A program made the translations under genes and the position numbers. A DNA stretch of 64,000 bases from Lingula anatina (taxonomy: Eukaryota; Animalia; Brachiopoda). The stretch lies in NCBI GenBank assembly GCA_051362555.1, contig CM120640.1:18848001-18912000 (forward strand), read 5' to 3'. Every line of letters starts with the position of its first letter. Position 1 is the first letter of the stretch. The notes under the pieces were generated by a model. That model was given only the letters and a program-made list of their open reading frames with translations, did not search any database and was not told where the DNA came from. This document shows, one piece after another, positions 26,497 to 41,081 of this stretch.

Positions 26497-27416
26497 TCAG
26501 CAAACACACCCTTTGGAAGTCCTCTGTCAAGTAAGTTGTTATTGCCAATATACCCACAGGCATGCATTCAGGCGTACATGTGCACCTACACTGGATATCA
26601 CTTTACTGCACATGCTTGGAGTTCTTACAATTTCTTATTGATTGAAGGACTTCATCGCTGCAAGTCAATTTTCTACCCCAGTTAATTGAGCAAGATAAAG
26701 AATATAGTGTATACTTCATTTCAACTAATTTTGTTGACTACTTTTATAAAAAATAAACCTTTAATATAAAATTATGTAAAATTCATTTTCATTTCAGCAC
26801 TGAACCCACTTGCAGCAGAATTTCAGCCAGGTTCTCCAATCAGTGATGATGGTCAGTCAAGCACTCCTTCCTTTGCACAGGTACATTTTCACTCTGATAA
26901 CTACCTTAGTGTGGTGCATATTCAGTTAATTGTTCAATAGTTACACAAAGTAGGATTTCAAAATGCATTCAAAGATTGGATTGCTGCCTGTTGAACATGT
27001 CTAAGGACAGTTTAAACTATTAAAACAGAAAATGACAGGTAAATGGCCTACATCAGTATCACAAAAGTAATGATATTAACGCCCCCTGTCCAACCCCAGC
27101 AGTCAGCCTTTGTGACACAGCTTGAAAAGAACGCAATTTTTGGAAGTCGAGTCGATGGAAATGAATGGCAAAAATGAAAAGCCTTAATGTGGGATTTGTT
27201 CTTTGGCTTTTTCCAAAACAGTTACAGAGTTATGGTGAGTGTCAGGAAAGGAAGATTTAAGGTTGGTAAATCCAGGGAAAATGCTGTTTACACTGGAATA
27301 AATCATTAAATGTGAATTTGGCACCAAAATCCACTTTTATGTACCTTTTATTTACTTTTTTTAATGAAAGTAAACTTGAAAGAATGCATGGAAAGAATAT
27401 CATTAAAACATCTGAT

Positions 27417-27456
<40 letters not shown>

Positions 27457-28374
27457 GGAATGTTGATAGAATGGTTGCTAATATAATGGGCTGAAGATAA
27501 ATACCATCCGTCCTTTTTGGTGTTAATATTTACTGGTGTGGTAGTTATTCCCATTTCTTTTCTTCCTGTATTTAATACCAATTTTAGATCGTACATCAAA
27601 ATTTTTTAAGATTAAAAATTGTTCACATATAGAGTGGAAGGTTGAATGATAATGATGATGATGATGATGAAGATGATGATGCCCTATCTCAATTTCAGAT
27701 GCTGAAGGCTGGCAAGGCCAAGCCCAATCCAGTAGCAGCCTGGCCAGTGCAGACGTCCAGCACCCCCTCCAGACCCCCCGGCCACAGCCCTGGGTCAGAT
27801 GAGAACAGTGACAGTGAGGACAGGGTGCCTGTGCCAGTGTTCCAGACATCATTTGGGGATGCCATTCAAGCTGCTCTGGATAAACTAGATAGCCCAGGCA
27901 CTGTGGAAGTAGCTGTGAATAATGGTAAGTGCAATTCTGAGAAAAGTTCTCTTGGCTTGTTTTATAAGGATTGCTGTATAGAAATGTAATGAAAATTAAC
28001 CCCTGCCCTCCCAAGACCGCTTGTAGGCAGATTTAGTGATGAATGAAATTGATTTATCCTTCTGTTTTTGGTAATGTTTGATCCCAGCAACATTTTGCAT
28101 TTCTCAACCAGTTCAATAAAAAAATGTACACTTTCCCCAATTTATGTGTATGTATTTAACTGTTTGTTGTTCAGATCAAGTATTTCAAAAGTAGACTAGC
28201 TTATTAGATGTGATTTGTTATTATCTGAAGAATTTTATGGTGAGCATGTGATTTGTAAAATTTAACAATTTACCCATTTTTACAGGTATTCCAAAGGAAG
28301 CTCCAACTACTGGGAAAAAGAAGAAGAAAGGAAAAACTTTGCTCTTCTCCACTTCAATGGCACGGTCAAAGTAG
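26497..28374 (+). pseudogene. RNF10: Promoterless RNF10 3' fragment, unit 3
   Basis: Exons 14-16 and their splice sites are intact, and there is no 5' part. Confidence 0.85.
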
Positions 28375-29652
28375 TTGGGACACAGGCTGAGAATTATACC
28401 ATGTTTGATTGTAATTGAATTAACAGCACAGACAGCAATGCTGTAAATATATTTACCAAAATGCCAATTATCCAAGATAGCCCAAAGTCCTGGAAATTAG
28501 CATACAAGTAAGAGGAGGTTGGATCATTAGTAATGACAGACTAGTGAGGGCAGTGCAGCAACAAATAAAAGCTGACAAAATTTTATCTTCTGATATCTTT
28601 CTGGGTTCTTTCTTGTAAGTTCTGTGGAATTAAGTCTGTTGCACATAGTCACCATGTTCTGTGTGATACTTTTTTTATTGTTTTCTAAGACATTCAGTGT
28701 GCATAGAGGTTCACCCTTATTGCTGAGAGGTTGTTTTACCTCACCCCACATGGATTCTTGCACATACTTTAGACTCGCATGACCTCACACAGTAATTATA
28801 GGCTCCTTTAAGGTTTTCCTGGAGGATTCCCATTGGAAAAACTAATAGCTTGGATTTGTTTGCCCAAGTTCATCCTGCACAGTTTATGCAGCTGCTTCAA
28901 TATGCATACGGGGATTGTAAGTTGATGCGTTGATAGACGTTAAAAACATTGTAGGCTTTTGTCATCTTGAAGTTACTTTTGTCTTTGAGTGTTGGCTTCA
29001 CATGATGTTTACTTTTTGTCTTATGATGGTAAAATGTAATGTTATCAAGAAGAGGGGGGGGGGGTAGATTTTTACTCCCCCCCCCTTCTAAACCAAGGCA
29101 TGCTGTAGGTTTTAGCAGTATGAGAGGAAAAAGACCATTACTGGTCACGTTTGTATATTTTAGTTGTGCAATTATTTTCCAGGACTCATGGGCAATTTTT
29201 TTTCCAGAATTGAAAATTGAATTTTTTGCTTGTGACATATCAAATGGATACATAACCCACCCAAAAATGGTGGAAATAATTTTGAATATTAATGTTACGT
29301 GAAATGAGATGTTGCACAATTTCATTTTCCACAGTGATGAACGCAGGATCTATATATATATGTAAAAATAATAATTTATTATCCATTGTATTTCTTATCC
29401 ATTGTATTTGCAATACAATTAATCATAGACGTTAAGAAACTGTTCCTCTAACCTGACATTATGCAGGTTCTTGAATTTGTGTACTGAGCTTGTTGAAAAC
29501 AAAATTGTTGCTTTTTTCTTGTAGTCGGGCATGATTACATCATGATAACAAAATGGGTTAAGTTTTGTTTTAGGCTGTGGTACAGGGATTTATATCTGAT
29601 CAATAAACTTTACACAGTTATAACTGCAGCGTTTTCAGTAACTCGTTCCTTC

Positions 29653-32600
29653 TCAACACCCGAACCATGTTGATCCTGTGGCTCTTGGATAGCCTGGCAG
29701 TAAATTTCGTCTACGGTTGTCAAACTTGTAGAAACTGAAAGACGAGCGAATATAATGTTATAAAGATTGTGTTTCTGAGAAAATGACTGTGATTACTGCA
29801 GTAATACACTTTCTTTCTCGTTATGTAATACGTATTAAGGTGGCAAATTAATCTGAAGGACTTTTTACAACTGAGCTTTCTTCCTACCTTGGAAGGGGGG
29901 GCGTTAACCATTTATCCAATAATGGAAGATTATACAATAAACTACTTACCTGTTTCCTTTAAAGAAATAAGAAAATCTGTTGGCGTCTGTCACAATGGTT
30001 GCGTCCAAATCACCCGGGATGTTCCTCCAGTACCTCGTAATCGGCGCGGGATATCCCCGAGCAATCCTCATGCTATCTCTCCCTTCTAGAAGCTGGTAGT
30101 ACTGGTTCCCCTACAAACAATAAGAAATTTTTAAACATTAGAAAAGAGCGGGAGTTTTTAGATCAAAATGTGGAGAAGTATCTTTAAATTGGGCTTCTTG
30201 CTTCACAATGAGTACTATATAGGTAAATGAAAAAATTGGGTTACTGAAGGATAACTGTTTTCTTTACCACCCCCCCCCCCCCCCCCTTTCTGTATTTCAT
30301 ACGACACAGCTAGGAAAGTGCGCTTTGTTGGAATACTTCAATACCTCAAGTATATAAAATGAATTTTGGAGCGAAATGCCTGCTGTTATTGACAAATATC
30401 AAAATCGTACATGGAATGCAACCTGAGGTACATGTGCTGCCACGGCTTGTTCAAATCGACTTCGAACTGATGATGATCGGAACCAAGCCATAGTCCTATT
30501 TTGGCCACGAAAGATTTTATTCAAGCTAATGCACTGTATAAAGGAACATATTTTTAATGAATCAGTTTTAATCATATATCCCCAGAAATCGCCGCTGAAT
30601 AAATAAACGTTTTCATCATGCATGCGTATTTTGTATTACCCTCTTTGAAGCGGTTATCGGACGCATACTTTTTCAGATGCATTTTAAGTCACAGATGAAG
30701 GAAAATGTTATTTCTAATTCTCGCCAAGAATTTCAGTGGTTATCTGGTGTTTTTATTATGCTTGAATAATGACATACGCCAATCGTACTTACATTAAAAA
30801 TGAACAAATTCCCGTTTCTCCAAGTCAAGGCTCCCTGTATGCTTGAGGGGAACCTCGGATCACTGATTGTTGTCCTAGAAATAAGTGTGTTGCCTCTGTA
30901 CTTGAACAGTTTTTTACCTGGAATTAAAACCTTGAGTTTTAATTGTTTGTATCATTAGAACAGGGATCAGTTCTCTCTTTCTCTCTCTCTCACTCACACA
31001 CTCACACACACACACACGCACGCACGCACGCACACACACACACACACACACACATCATGGATATTTTTATTCGAGCCAATATTCCCTCTCATTCTAAGTA
31101 AGTATAAAAAAGTGCACCTTTGAATAAATAACTGAAGCCAGTTCTATCGGAATGGGTGGCAGCATCAATATTACTTGGTGCGCTCGGGAAGTCGGCAGTG
31201 ATCGCCCTCGGGTAGCCGCGTGCCACTGTTCCCTGCGCTGTTAAACGGTACACCTGACTCCCACTAAATACGTAGTAGTTTGAATTTGATACTGAAAATA
31301 CGAAATAAAATCTTTAAAAATTTTTCAGTTTAAAAGAGACTTTGTGATTCAAAACTTTAAAAAGATCTATGAAAAGATATTTGTGCTGCATTTATACCTA
31401 AAAGTACCTACTACATTATATTGAATATGCATATTTTTAGTCAGGTCGATTAATGCATAATGTATACTATTGATTCTAAAACCTCACACTTAGAAACTGA
31501 CATTGTGCACTACAAGGTCCTTTCTTAACTGACTGGTCTGAACAGAGAAACTGTGCAGTATAATTCAAGTTAGACTGATAACCATGCAAAGCGTTTACGT
31601 GTTTGTTCAAGTGGGGCATATCTTCTCTTTAAATGCGAAAAACCTTAAACTTGCTGAAAGCACCGCAGCAAGACTTGTACTTAAATAAATAAATAATAGC
31701 ATGTCAAGAAATAGAAATGTCGAGCAAACTATGACGAAACAATAAAAAAATGGAGTATTGGACTATATTATAGTTCTTACCTTCCATCATGCCGTCGATC
31801 CTGAAATTATTGGAGCACTGTGATCTGTTGCCGTTTCCTGTGGTTGGCCCTCTGGTGGGCCGTGGAGTGGGACGTGGGGTGGGCCTCACAGTAGGTTGGG
31901 GAGTAGGTGGCCGAGTATTACGCCCTAGAAATAAAAGATTTCTTATTTGACAATGGCTATTGATAAATAGTTATGCAGTCGTAAAGCGTTTAAGATTGTG
32001 GTCGATTTCCCACTTCTAAAAGACACAATATCTCACGAAATATGCATTAACAATATTTCTTAAGCAAATGCTACAATTGAATGATTTCCGTGTCTGTCAT
32101 GCACTAGTATCTCAGAATAGCAAGTAGTTTGGCAAAAAACTTTTAGACAAAGAATTTTATCCTGCTTAAATTCTTTTGAAACTGCCTGACAGTAATGTAC
32201 AGCTTTAACCAAACAGGTTCAAAGACTTTAAGCCTGAAACTTGAATGTGACTTAAACAAGATCACACATGCATACCATATATGCGTTGGATTCTCTGAAT
32301 GTCGTCCCTGCGCAGCGCAAAGTTGCGTTCGTAACCCCCGTAGAAGGGTGCAAGGACAGCTCCACGTACTCGGGAATGCGGCAGGCCGAGGAGATGGCCT
32401 ATCTCGTGAGTGGCCACAATCTCCAAATCAAACCCGCCTCTCGGCTTGTTATTGGCCGTCCAGCGCTCGCTTTCATCAAAACGAGTGTTGCCATTCTCTG
32501 GGAACAATGCATATGCTAGAACACCTCCTAGAATAAAATAATCGGGGGTTGACTCGCAATAAAAAGGAATAACAACCGTTCATAGTACATATCAGATAAT

Positions 32601-33048
32601 GAAAAACTGAATTATATTTACTCTTAACATTTAGATGGTGTCTTTCCATGTTAAAAATGCAACTTGTCAGTTTATCAAAACTAACAGTCTTCATCATATG
32701 AAGTGTCAATAACTATTTACCCCTTCTTCCAAAGGACCTCCCAGAGCTCATAAACCGAATACGGATGTCGGATCTGCCCGGTGCCCCAATCTGCAGTTCT
32801 CTGAATGTAAGTGGAGTCACGTCACTCCAGTGTTTGAAGGCCTTCCTAAAAGCGTCTCTGTCAAAGAAATGGAAAAGAAAAAACTGTAAAATAATAATTT
32901 ATCAGAGATCGAAAAATTCAAAACCAACTTGACGAGATTCATGAAATAATGCGGTGAAAAGAAAATTAATATGTATGAGCGATAGCTGTTCACAGATAAA
33001 ATTTTGTTCATCGAATTTGTCTCTTTAATTCATTTCATTGATGGAAAA

Positions 33049-33094
<46 letters not shown>

Positions 33095-34120
33095 TAGCGC
33101 TTTTTTCAGGGTTTGTAAGATTTAATACAAAGACAACTATCTTATCCAATCATACTAGGCATTTTAAGCAAATCAGCAACTGAAAAATAATAGTGACGAT
33201 AGAATTACACGTACCTTTGGATGTTAGGAGCCATATCAGGTGTAAAGTTTTCCAGTCTCCAAGTAAGGTCTCGTTTCCTCCATCCGCCGTTTCTGGTTTG
33301 TCTTTTAGTTATCCTAACACCATACTGTGACGCCCCCATCTCGCTGTCAGGCCCCATATCAGCCATTCCACACCGAGGCATCTTCATCATGAGGCGTGTG
33401 CGAAAGTCCATGCGGCCGGTCACACGGATGTGAGCCATTCGTTGGAAGTTCCTTAATTTTCAAATTCTTGTGTTCAGAATTACGTTTTATATGACGACGT
33501 AAATTGAAAGACACCCTCGCAACTTAAGTTTTGAGCATCGTAACGATCTTCAGGTTTTAGATATAACGTTTTGATATATGAATATGAGTATCTAACTGGA
33601 TGTATATTTTTATGGAGGTCAAAATTTGAGCATAAAATACGACATTGATCAATTTGCATTTACATTTTTGAAATATAATTATTGAAACCCGGTATTATGT
33701 AATTTACTTACTCGATTGCTGTCCGCATTTTTTCAGTGCTCATTTCTCCTTCTCCTGACATATACCCAAACTGATCGAGATATGACTTTAAAAAGAAAAA
33801 AGTATACAATTAAAGACTTACGGCAATACGCAACTGCTTTTTTCAAACAAGCTGGTAAAATTTAATATAAATAAGGCCAAAACATCCGTGATTTAAATCA
33901 CTTTTATAATCTAAGTAGCATCTGAAATGAAATGTTGTTTTTTATTTCAAAGTCAGTTGCCATTCTATGGAAGGTCCGGACTTACCATGTCATCATCATT
34001 CATATTCACTTGTCGCATCATATTTCGAGTACGAATCTTATCCAGTAAGCTCTGTCCCTGTATTGTTACAAATAGAACAGTGAAGGTAAAGCAGGACAAC
34101 GTTAGAGCAAACCCCTTCAT
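29653..34120 (-). CDS. MMP-A copy 3
   Basis: Same exon structure. The catalytic exon matches copy 2 (LFPE/GFDL) and the C-terminus matches copy 1 (GSTWFGC). Confidence 0.9.
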
Positions 34121-34547
34121 TTTTCTCCTTGCTTCGAACGTGCAATCAAGACTGCTCAACTGTCTCTGTTTTGGTCCTTTTATATGAACCAGGGGCCTGA
34201 AAATAACGCCAACTTTTGTTATCTGAGTCAACAGTACGATGATTTTAACCAATGAAAAAGCCGCGTTATGGACGTCTGTGGGAGTCAGGATGACGCATGT
34301 TTTAGCGTTACGTTCTACCTGGTTAAAAATAAAGTTTTTCAGCTGAAGCATGTTATTGAAAATCAAATATTTGTGTCTTTTACGGCGACTTGGCTCAGCA
34401 TGCCGGATACTTCAAATTCTAGAATACCTATGTTTTTATAAAGAATAGTATGTAGTAATTATTCTAATTTTAGTCGGTTGTGGTTTGCAACACAACACTT
34501 TTGCTGTCCATAAAAGAAAACGTGTCTGAATTGAGGAAATATGACAA

Positions 34548-36393
34548 TCAGCAAACACACCCTTTGGAAGTCCTCTGTCAAGTAAGTTGTTATTGCCAAT
34601 ATACCCACAGGCATGCATTCAGGCGTACATGTGCACCTACACTGGATATCACTTTACTGCACATGCTTGGAGTTCTTACAATTTCTTATTGATTGAAGGA
34701 CTTCATCGCTGCAAGTCAATTTTCTACCCCAGTTAATTGAGCAAGATAAAGAATATAGTGTATACTTCATTTCAACTAATTTTGTTGACTACTTTTATAA
34801 AAAATAAACCTTTAATATAAAATTATGTAAAATTCATTTTCATTTCAGCACTGAACCCACTTGCAGCAGAATTTCAGCCAGGTTCTCCAATCAGTGATGA
34901 TGGTCAGTCAAGTACTCCTTCCTTTGCACAGGTACATTTTCACTCTGATAACTACCTTAGTGTGGTGCATATTCAGTTAATTGTTCAATAGTTACACAAA
35001 GTAGGATTTCAAAATGCATTCAAAGATTGGATTGCTGCCTGTTGAACATGTCTAAGGACAGTTTAAACTATTAAAACAGAAAATGACAGGTAAATGGCCT
35101 ACATCAGTATCACAAAAGTAATGATATTAACGCCCCCTGTCCAACCCCAGCAGTCAGCCTTTGTGACACAGCTTGAAAAGAACGCAATTTTTGGAAGTCG
35201 AGTCGATGGAAATGAATGGCAAAAATGAAAAGCCTTAATGTGGGATTTGTTCTTTGGCTTTTTCCAAAACAGTTACAGAGTTATGGTGAGTGTCAGGAAA
35301 GGAAGATTTAAGGTTGGTAAATCCAGGGAAAATGCTGTTTACACTGGAATAAATCATTAAATGTGAATTTGGCACCAAAATCCACTTTTATGTACCTTTT
35401 ATTTACTTTTTTTAATGAAAGTAAACTTGAAAGAATGCATGGAAAGAATATCATTAAAACATCTGATGCAAAAAAAAAAAAAAAATAGGAATGTTGATAG
35501 AATGGTTGCTAATATAATGGGCTGAAGATAAATACCATCCGTCCTTTTTGGTGTTAATATTTACTGGTGTGGTAGTTATTCCCATTTCTTTTCTTCCTGT
35601 ATTTAATACCAATTTTAGATCGTACATCAAAATTTTTTAAGATTAAAAATTGTTCACATATAGAGTGGAAGGTTGAATGATAATGATGATGATGATGATG
35701 AAGATGAAGATGCTGAAGATGCTGAAGGCTGGCAAGGCCAAGCCCAATCCAGTAGCAGCCTGGCCAGTGCAGACGTCCAGCACCCCCTCCAGACCCCCCG
35801 GCCACAGCCCTGGGTCAGATGAGAACAGTGACAGTGAGGACAGGGTGCCAGTGCCAGTGTTCCAGACGTCATTTGGGGATGCCATTCAAGCTGCTCTGGA
35901 TAAACTAGATAGCCCAGGCACTGTGGAAGTAGCTGTGAATAATGGTAAGTGCAATTCTGAGAAAAGTTCTCTTGGCTTGTTTTATAAGTATTGCTCTGTA
36001 GAAATGTAATGAAAATTAACCCCTGCCCTCCCAAGACCGCTTGTAGGCAGATTTAGTGATGAATGAAATTGATTTATCCTTCTGTTTTTGGTAATGTTTG
36101 ATCCCAGCAACATTTTGCATTTCTCAACCAGTTCAATAAAAAATGTACACTTTCCCCAATTTATGTGTATGTATTTAACTGTTTGTTGTTCAGATCAAGT
36201 ATTTCAAAAGTAGACTAGCTTATTAGATGTGATTTGTTATTATCTGAAGAATTTTATGGTGAGCATGTGATTTGTAAAATTTAACAATTTACCCATTTTT
36301 ACAGGTATTCCAAAGGAAGCTCCAACTACTGGGAAAAAGAAGAAGAAAGGAAAAACGTTGCTCTTCTCCACTTCAATGGCACGGTCAAAGTAG
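34548..36393 (+). pseudogene. RNF10: Promoterless RNF10 3' fragment, unit 4, with the exon-15 splice acceptor deleted
   Basis: At about 35700-35725 the sequence reads GATGAAGATGCTGAAGATGCTGAAGG and lacks the CCCTATCTCAATTTCAG found in the other units. Confidence 0.85.
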
Positions 36394-37678
36394 ATGGGAC
36401 ACAGGCTGAGAATTATACCATGTTTGATTGTAATTGAATTAACAGCACAGACAGCAATGCTGTAAATATATTTACCAAAATGCCAATTATCCAAGATAGC
36501 CCAAAGTCCTGGAAATTAGCATACAAGTAAGAGGAGGTTGGATCATTAGTAATGACAGACTAGTGAGGGCAGTGCAGCAACAAATAAAAGCTGACAAAAT
36601 TTTATCTTCTGATATCTTTCTGGGTTCTTTCTTGTAAGTTCTGTGGAATTAAGTCTGTTGCACATAGTCACCATGTTCTGTGTGATACTTTTTTTTAATT
36701 GTTTTCTAAGACATTCAGTGTGCATAGAGGTTCACCCTTATTGCTGAGAGGTTGTTTTACCTCACCCCACATGGATTCTTGCACATACTTTAGACTCGCA
36801 TGACCTCACACAGTACTTACAGGCTCCTTTAAGGCTTTCTTGGAGGATTCCCATTGGAAAAACTAATAGCTTGGATTTGTATGCCCAAGTTCATCCTGCA
36901 CAGTTTATGCAGCTGCTTCAATATGCATACGGGGATTGTAAGTTGATGCGTTGATAGACGTTAAAAACATTGTAGGCTTTTGTCATCTTGAAGTTACTTT
37001 TGTCTTTGAGTGTTGGCTTCACATGATGTTTACTTTTTGTCTTATGATGGTAAAATGTAATGTTATCAAGAAGAGGGGAGGGGTAGATTTTTACTCTCCC
37101 CCCCCCCTTTCCTGAACCAAGGCATGCTGTAGGTTTTAGCAGTATGAGAGGAAAAAGACCATTACTGGTCACGTTTGTATATTTTTAGTTGTGCAATTAT
37201 TTTCCAGGACTCATGGGCAATTTTTTTTCCAGAATTGAAAATTGAATTTTTTGCTTGTGACATATCAAATGGATACATAACCCACCCAAAAATGGTAGAA
37301 ATAATTTTGAATATTAATGTTACGTGAAATGAGATGTTGCATGATTTCATTTTCCACAGTGATGAACGCAGGATCTATATATATATATGTAAAAATAATA
37401 ATTTATTATCCATTGTATTTCTTATCCATTGTATTTGCAATACAATTAATCATAGACGTTAAGAAACTGTTCCTCTAACCTGACATTATGCAGGTTCTTG
37501 AATTTGTGTACTGAGCTTGTTGAAAACAAAATTGTTGCTTTTTTCTTGTAGTCGGGCATGATTACATCATGATAACAAAATGGGTGAGTTTTGTTTTAGG
37601 CTGTGGTACAGGGATTTATATCTGATCAATAAACTTTACACAGTTATAACTGCAGCGTTTTCAGTAACTCGTTCCTTC

Positions 37679-39000
37679 TCAACACCCGAACCATGTTGGT
37701 CCTGTGGCTCTTGGATAGCCTGGCAGTAAATTTCGTCTACGGTTGTCAAACTTGTAGAAACTGAAAGACGAGCGAATATAATGTTATAAAGATTGTGTTT
37801 GTGAGAAAATGACTGTGATTACTGCAGTAATACACTTTCTTTCTCGTTATGTAATACGTATTAAGGTGGCAAATTAATCTGAAGGACTTTTTACAACTGA
37901 GCTTTCTTCCTACCTTGGAAGGGGGGGGGGCGTTAACCATTTATCCAATAATGGAAGATTATACAATAAACTACTTACCTGTTTCCTTTAAAGAAATAAG
38001 AAAATCTGTTGGCGTCTGTCACAATGGTTGCGTCCAAATCACCCGGGATGTTCCTCCAGTACCTCGTAATCGGCGCGGGATATCCCCGAGCAATCCTCAT
38101 GCTATCTCTCCCTTCTAGAAGCTGGTAGTACTGGTTCCCCTACAAACAATAAGAAATTTTTAAACATTAGAAAAGAGCGGGAGTTTTTAGCTCAAAATGT
38201 GGAGAAGTATCTTTAAATTGGGCTTCTTGCTTCACAATGAGTACTATTAGGTAAATGAAAAAATTGGGTTACTGAAGGATAACTGTTTTCTTTACCACCC
38301 CCCCCCCCTTCTGTATTTCATACGACACAGCTAGGAAAGTGCGCTTTGTTGGAATACTTCAATACCTCAAGTATATAAAATGAATTTTGGAGCGAAATGC
38401 CTGCTGTTATTGACAAATATCAAAATCGTGCATGGAATGCAACCTGAGGTACATGTGCTGCCACGGCTTGTTCAAATCGACTTCGAACTGATGATGATCG
38501 GAACCAAGCCATAGTCCTATTTTGGCCACGAAAGATTTTATTCAAGCTAATGCACTGTATAAAGGAACATATTTTTAATGAATCAGTTTTAATCATATAT
38601 CCCCAGAAATCGCCGCTGAATAAATAAACGTTTTCATCATGCATGCGTATTTTGTATTACCCTCTTTGAAGCGGTTATCGGACGCATACTTTTTCAGATG
38701 CATTTTAAGTCACAGATGAAGGAAAATGTTATTTCTAATTCTCGCCAAGAATTTCAGTGGTTATCTGGTGTTTTTATTATGCTTGAATAATGACATACGC
38801 CAATCGTACTTACATTAAAAATGAACAAATTCCCGTTTCTCCAAGTCAAGGCTCCCTGTATGCTTGAGGGGAACCTCGGATCACTGATTGTTGTCCTAGA
38901 AATAAGTGTGTTGCCTCTGTACTTGAACAGTTTTTTACCTGGAATTAAAACCTTGAGTTTTAATTGTTTGTATCATTAGAACAGGGATCAGTTCTCTCTT

Positions 39001-39046
<46 letters not shown>

Positions 39047-41041
39047 CATGGATATTTTTATTCGAGCCAATATTCCCTCTCATTCTAAGTAAGTATAAAA
39101 AAAGTGCACCTTTGAACAAATAACTGAAGCCAGTTCTATCGGAATGGGTGGCAGCATCAATATTACTTGGTGCGCTCGGGAAGTCGGCAGTGATCGCCCT
39201 CGGGTAGCCGCGTGCCACTGTTCCCTGTGCTGTTAAACGGTACACCTGACTCCCACTAAATACGTAGTAGTTTGAATTTGATACTGAAAATACGAAATAA
39301 AATCTTTGAAAATTTTTCAGTTTAAAAGAGACTTTGTGATTCAAAACTTTAAAAAGATCTATGAAAAGATATTTGTGCTGCATTTATACCTAAAAGTACC
39401 TACTACATTCTTTTGAATATGCATATTTTTTAGTCAGGTCGATTAATGCATAATGTATACTATTGATTCTAAAACCTCACACTTAGAAACTGACATTGTG
39501 CACTACAAGGTCCTTTCTTAACTGACTGGTCTGAACAGAGAAACTGTGCAGTATAATTCAAGTTAGACTGATAACCATGCAAAGTGTTTACGTGTTTGTT
39601 CAAGTGGGGCATATCTTCTCTTTAAATGCGAAAAACCTTAAACTTGCTGAAAGCACCGCAGCAAGACTTGTACTTAAATAAATAAATAATAGCATGTCAA
39701 GAAATAGAAATGTCGAGCAGACTATGACGAAACAATAAAAAAATGGAGTATTGGACTATATTATAGTTCTTACCTTCCATCATGCCGTCGATCCTGAAAT
39801 TATTGGAGCACTGTGATCTGTTGCCGTTTCCTGTGGTTGGCCCTCTGGTGGGCCGTGGAGTGGGACGTGGGGTGGGCCTCACAGTAGGTTGGGGAGTAGG
39901 TGGCCGAGTATTACGCCCTAGAAATAAAAGATTTCTTATTTGACAATGGCTATTGATAAATAGTTATGCAGTCGTAAAGCGTTTAAGATTGTGGTCGATT
40001 TCCCACTTCTAAAAGACACAATATCTCACGAAATATGCATTAACAATATTTCTTAAGCAAATGCTACAATTGAATGATTTCCGTGTCTGTCATGCACTAG
40101 TATCTCAGAATAGCAAGTAGTTTGGCAAAAAACTTTTAGACAAAGAATTTTATCCTGCTTAAATTCTTTTGAAACTGCCTGACAGTAATGTACAGCTTTA
40201 ACCAAACAGGTTCAAAGACTTTAAGCCTGAAACTTGAATGTGACTTAAGCAAGATCACACATGCATACCATATATGCGTTGGATTCTCTGAATGTCGTCC
40301 CTGCGCAGCGCAAAGTTGCGTTCGTAACCCCCGTAGAAGGGTGCAAGGACAGCTCCACGTACTCGGGAATGCGGCAGGCCGAGGAGATGGCCTATCTCGT
40401 GAGTGGCCACAATCTCCAAATCGATCCCGCCTCTCGGCTTGTTATTGGCCGTCCAGCGCTCGCTTTCATCAAAACGAGTGTTGCCATTCTCTGGGAAGAA
40501 TGCATATGCCAGAACACCTCCTTGAATAAAATAATCGGGGGTTGACTTGCAATAAAAAGGAATAACAGCCGTTCATAGTACATATCAGATAATGAAAAAC
40601 TGAATTATATTTACTCTTAACATTTAGATGGTGTCTTTCCATGTTAAAAATGCAACTTGTCAGTTTATCAAAACTAACAGTCTTCATCATATGAAGTGTC
40701 AATAACTATTTACCCCTTCTTCCAAAGGACCTCCCAGAGCTCATAAACCGAATACGGATGTCGGATCTGCCCGGTGCCCCAATCTGCAGTTCTCTGAATG
40801 TAAGTGGAGTCACGTCACTCCAGTGTTTGAAGGCCTTCCTAAAAGCGTCTCTGTCAAAGAAATGGAAAAGAAAAAACTGTAAAATAATAATTTATCAGAG
40901 ATCGAAATATTCAAAACCAACTTGACGAGATTCATGAAATAATGCGGTGAAAAGAAAATTAATATGTATGAGCGATAGCTGTTCACAGATAAAATTTTGT
41001 TCATCGAATTTGTCTCTTTAATTCATTTCATTGATGGAAAA

Positions 41042-41081
<40 letters not shown>

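Noticed and set aside
27418-27454. Long poly(A) as a retroposon tail
   Set aside because: It is a length variant of a shorter A-run present at the same place in the other units, with no inserted body or TSD.
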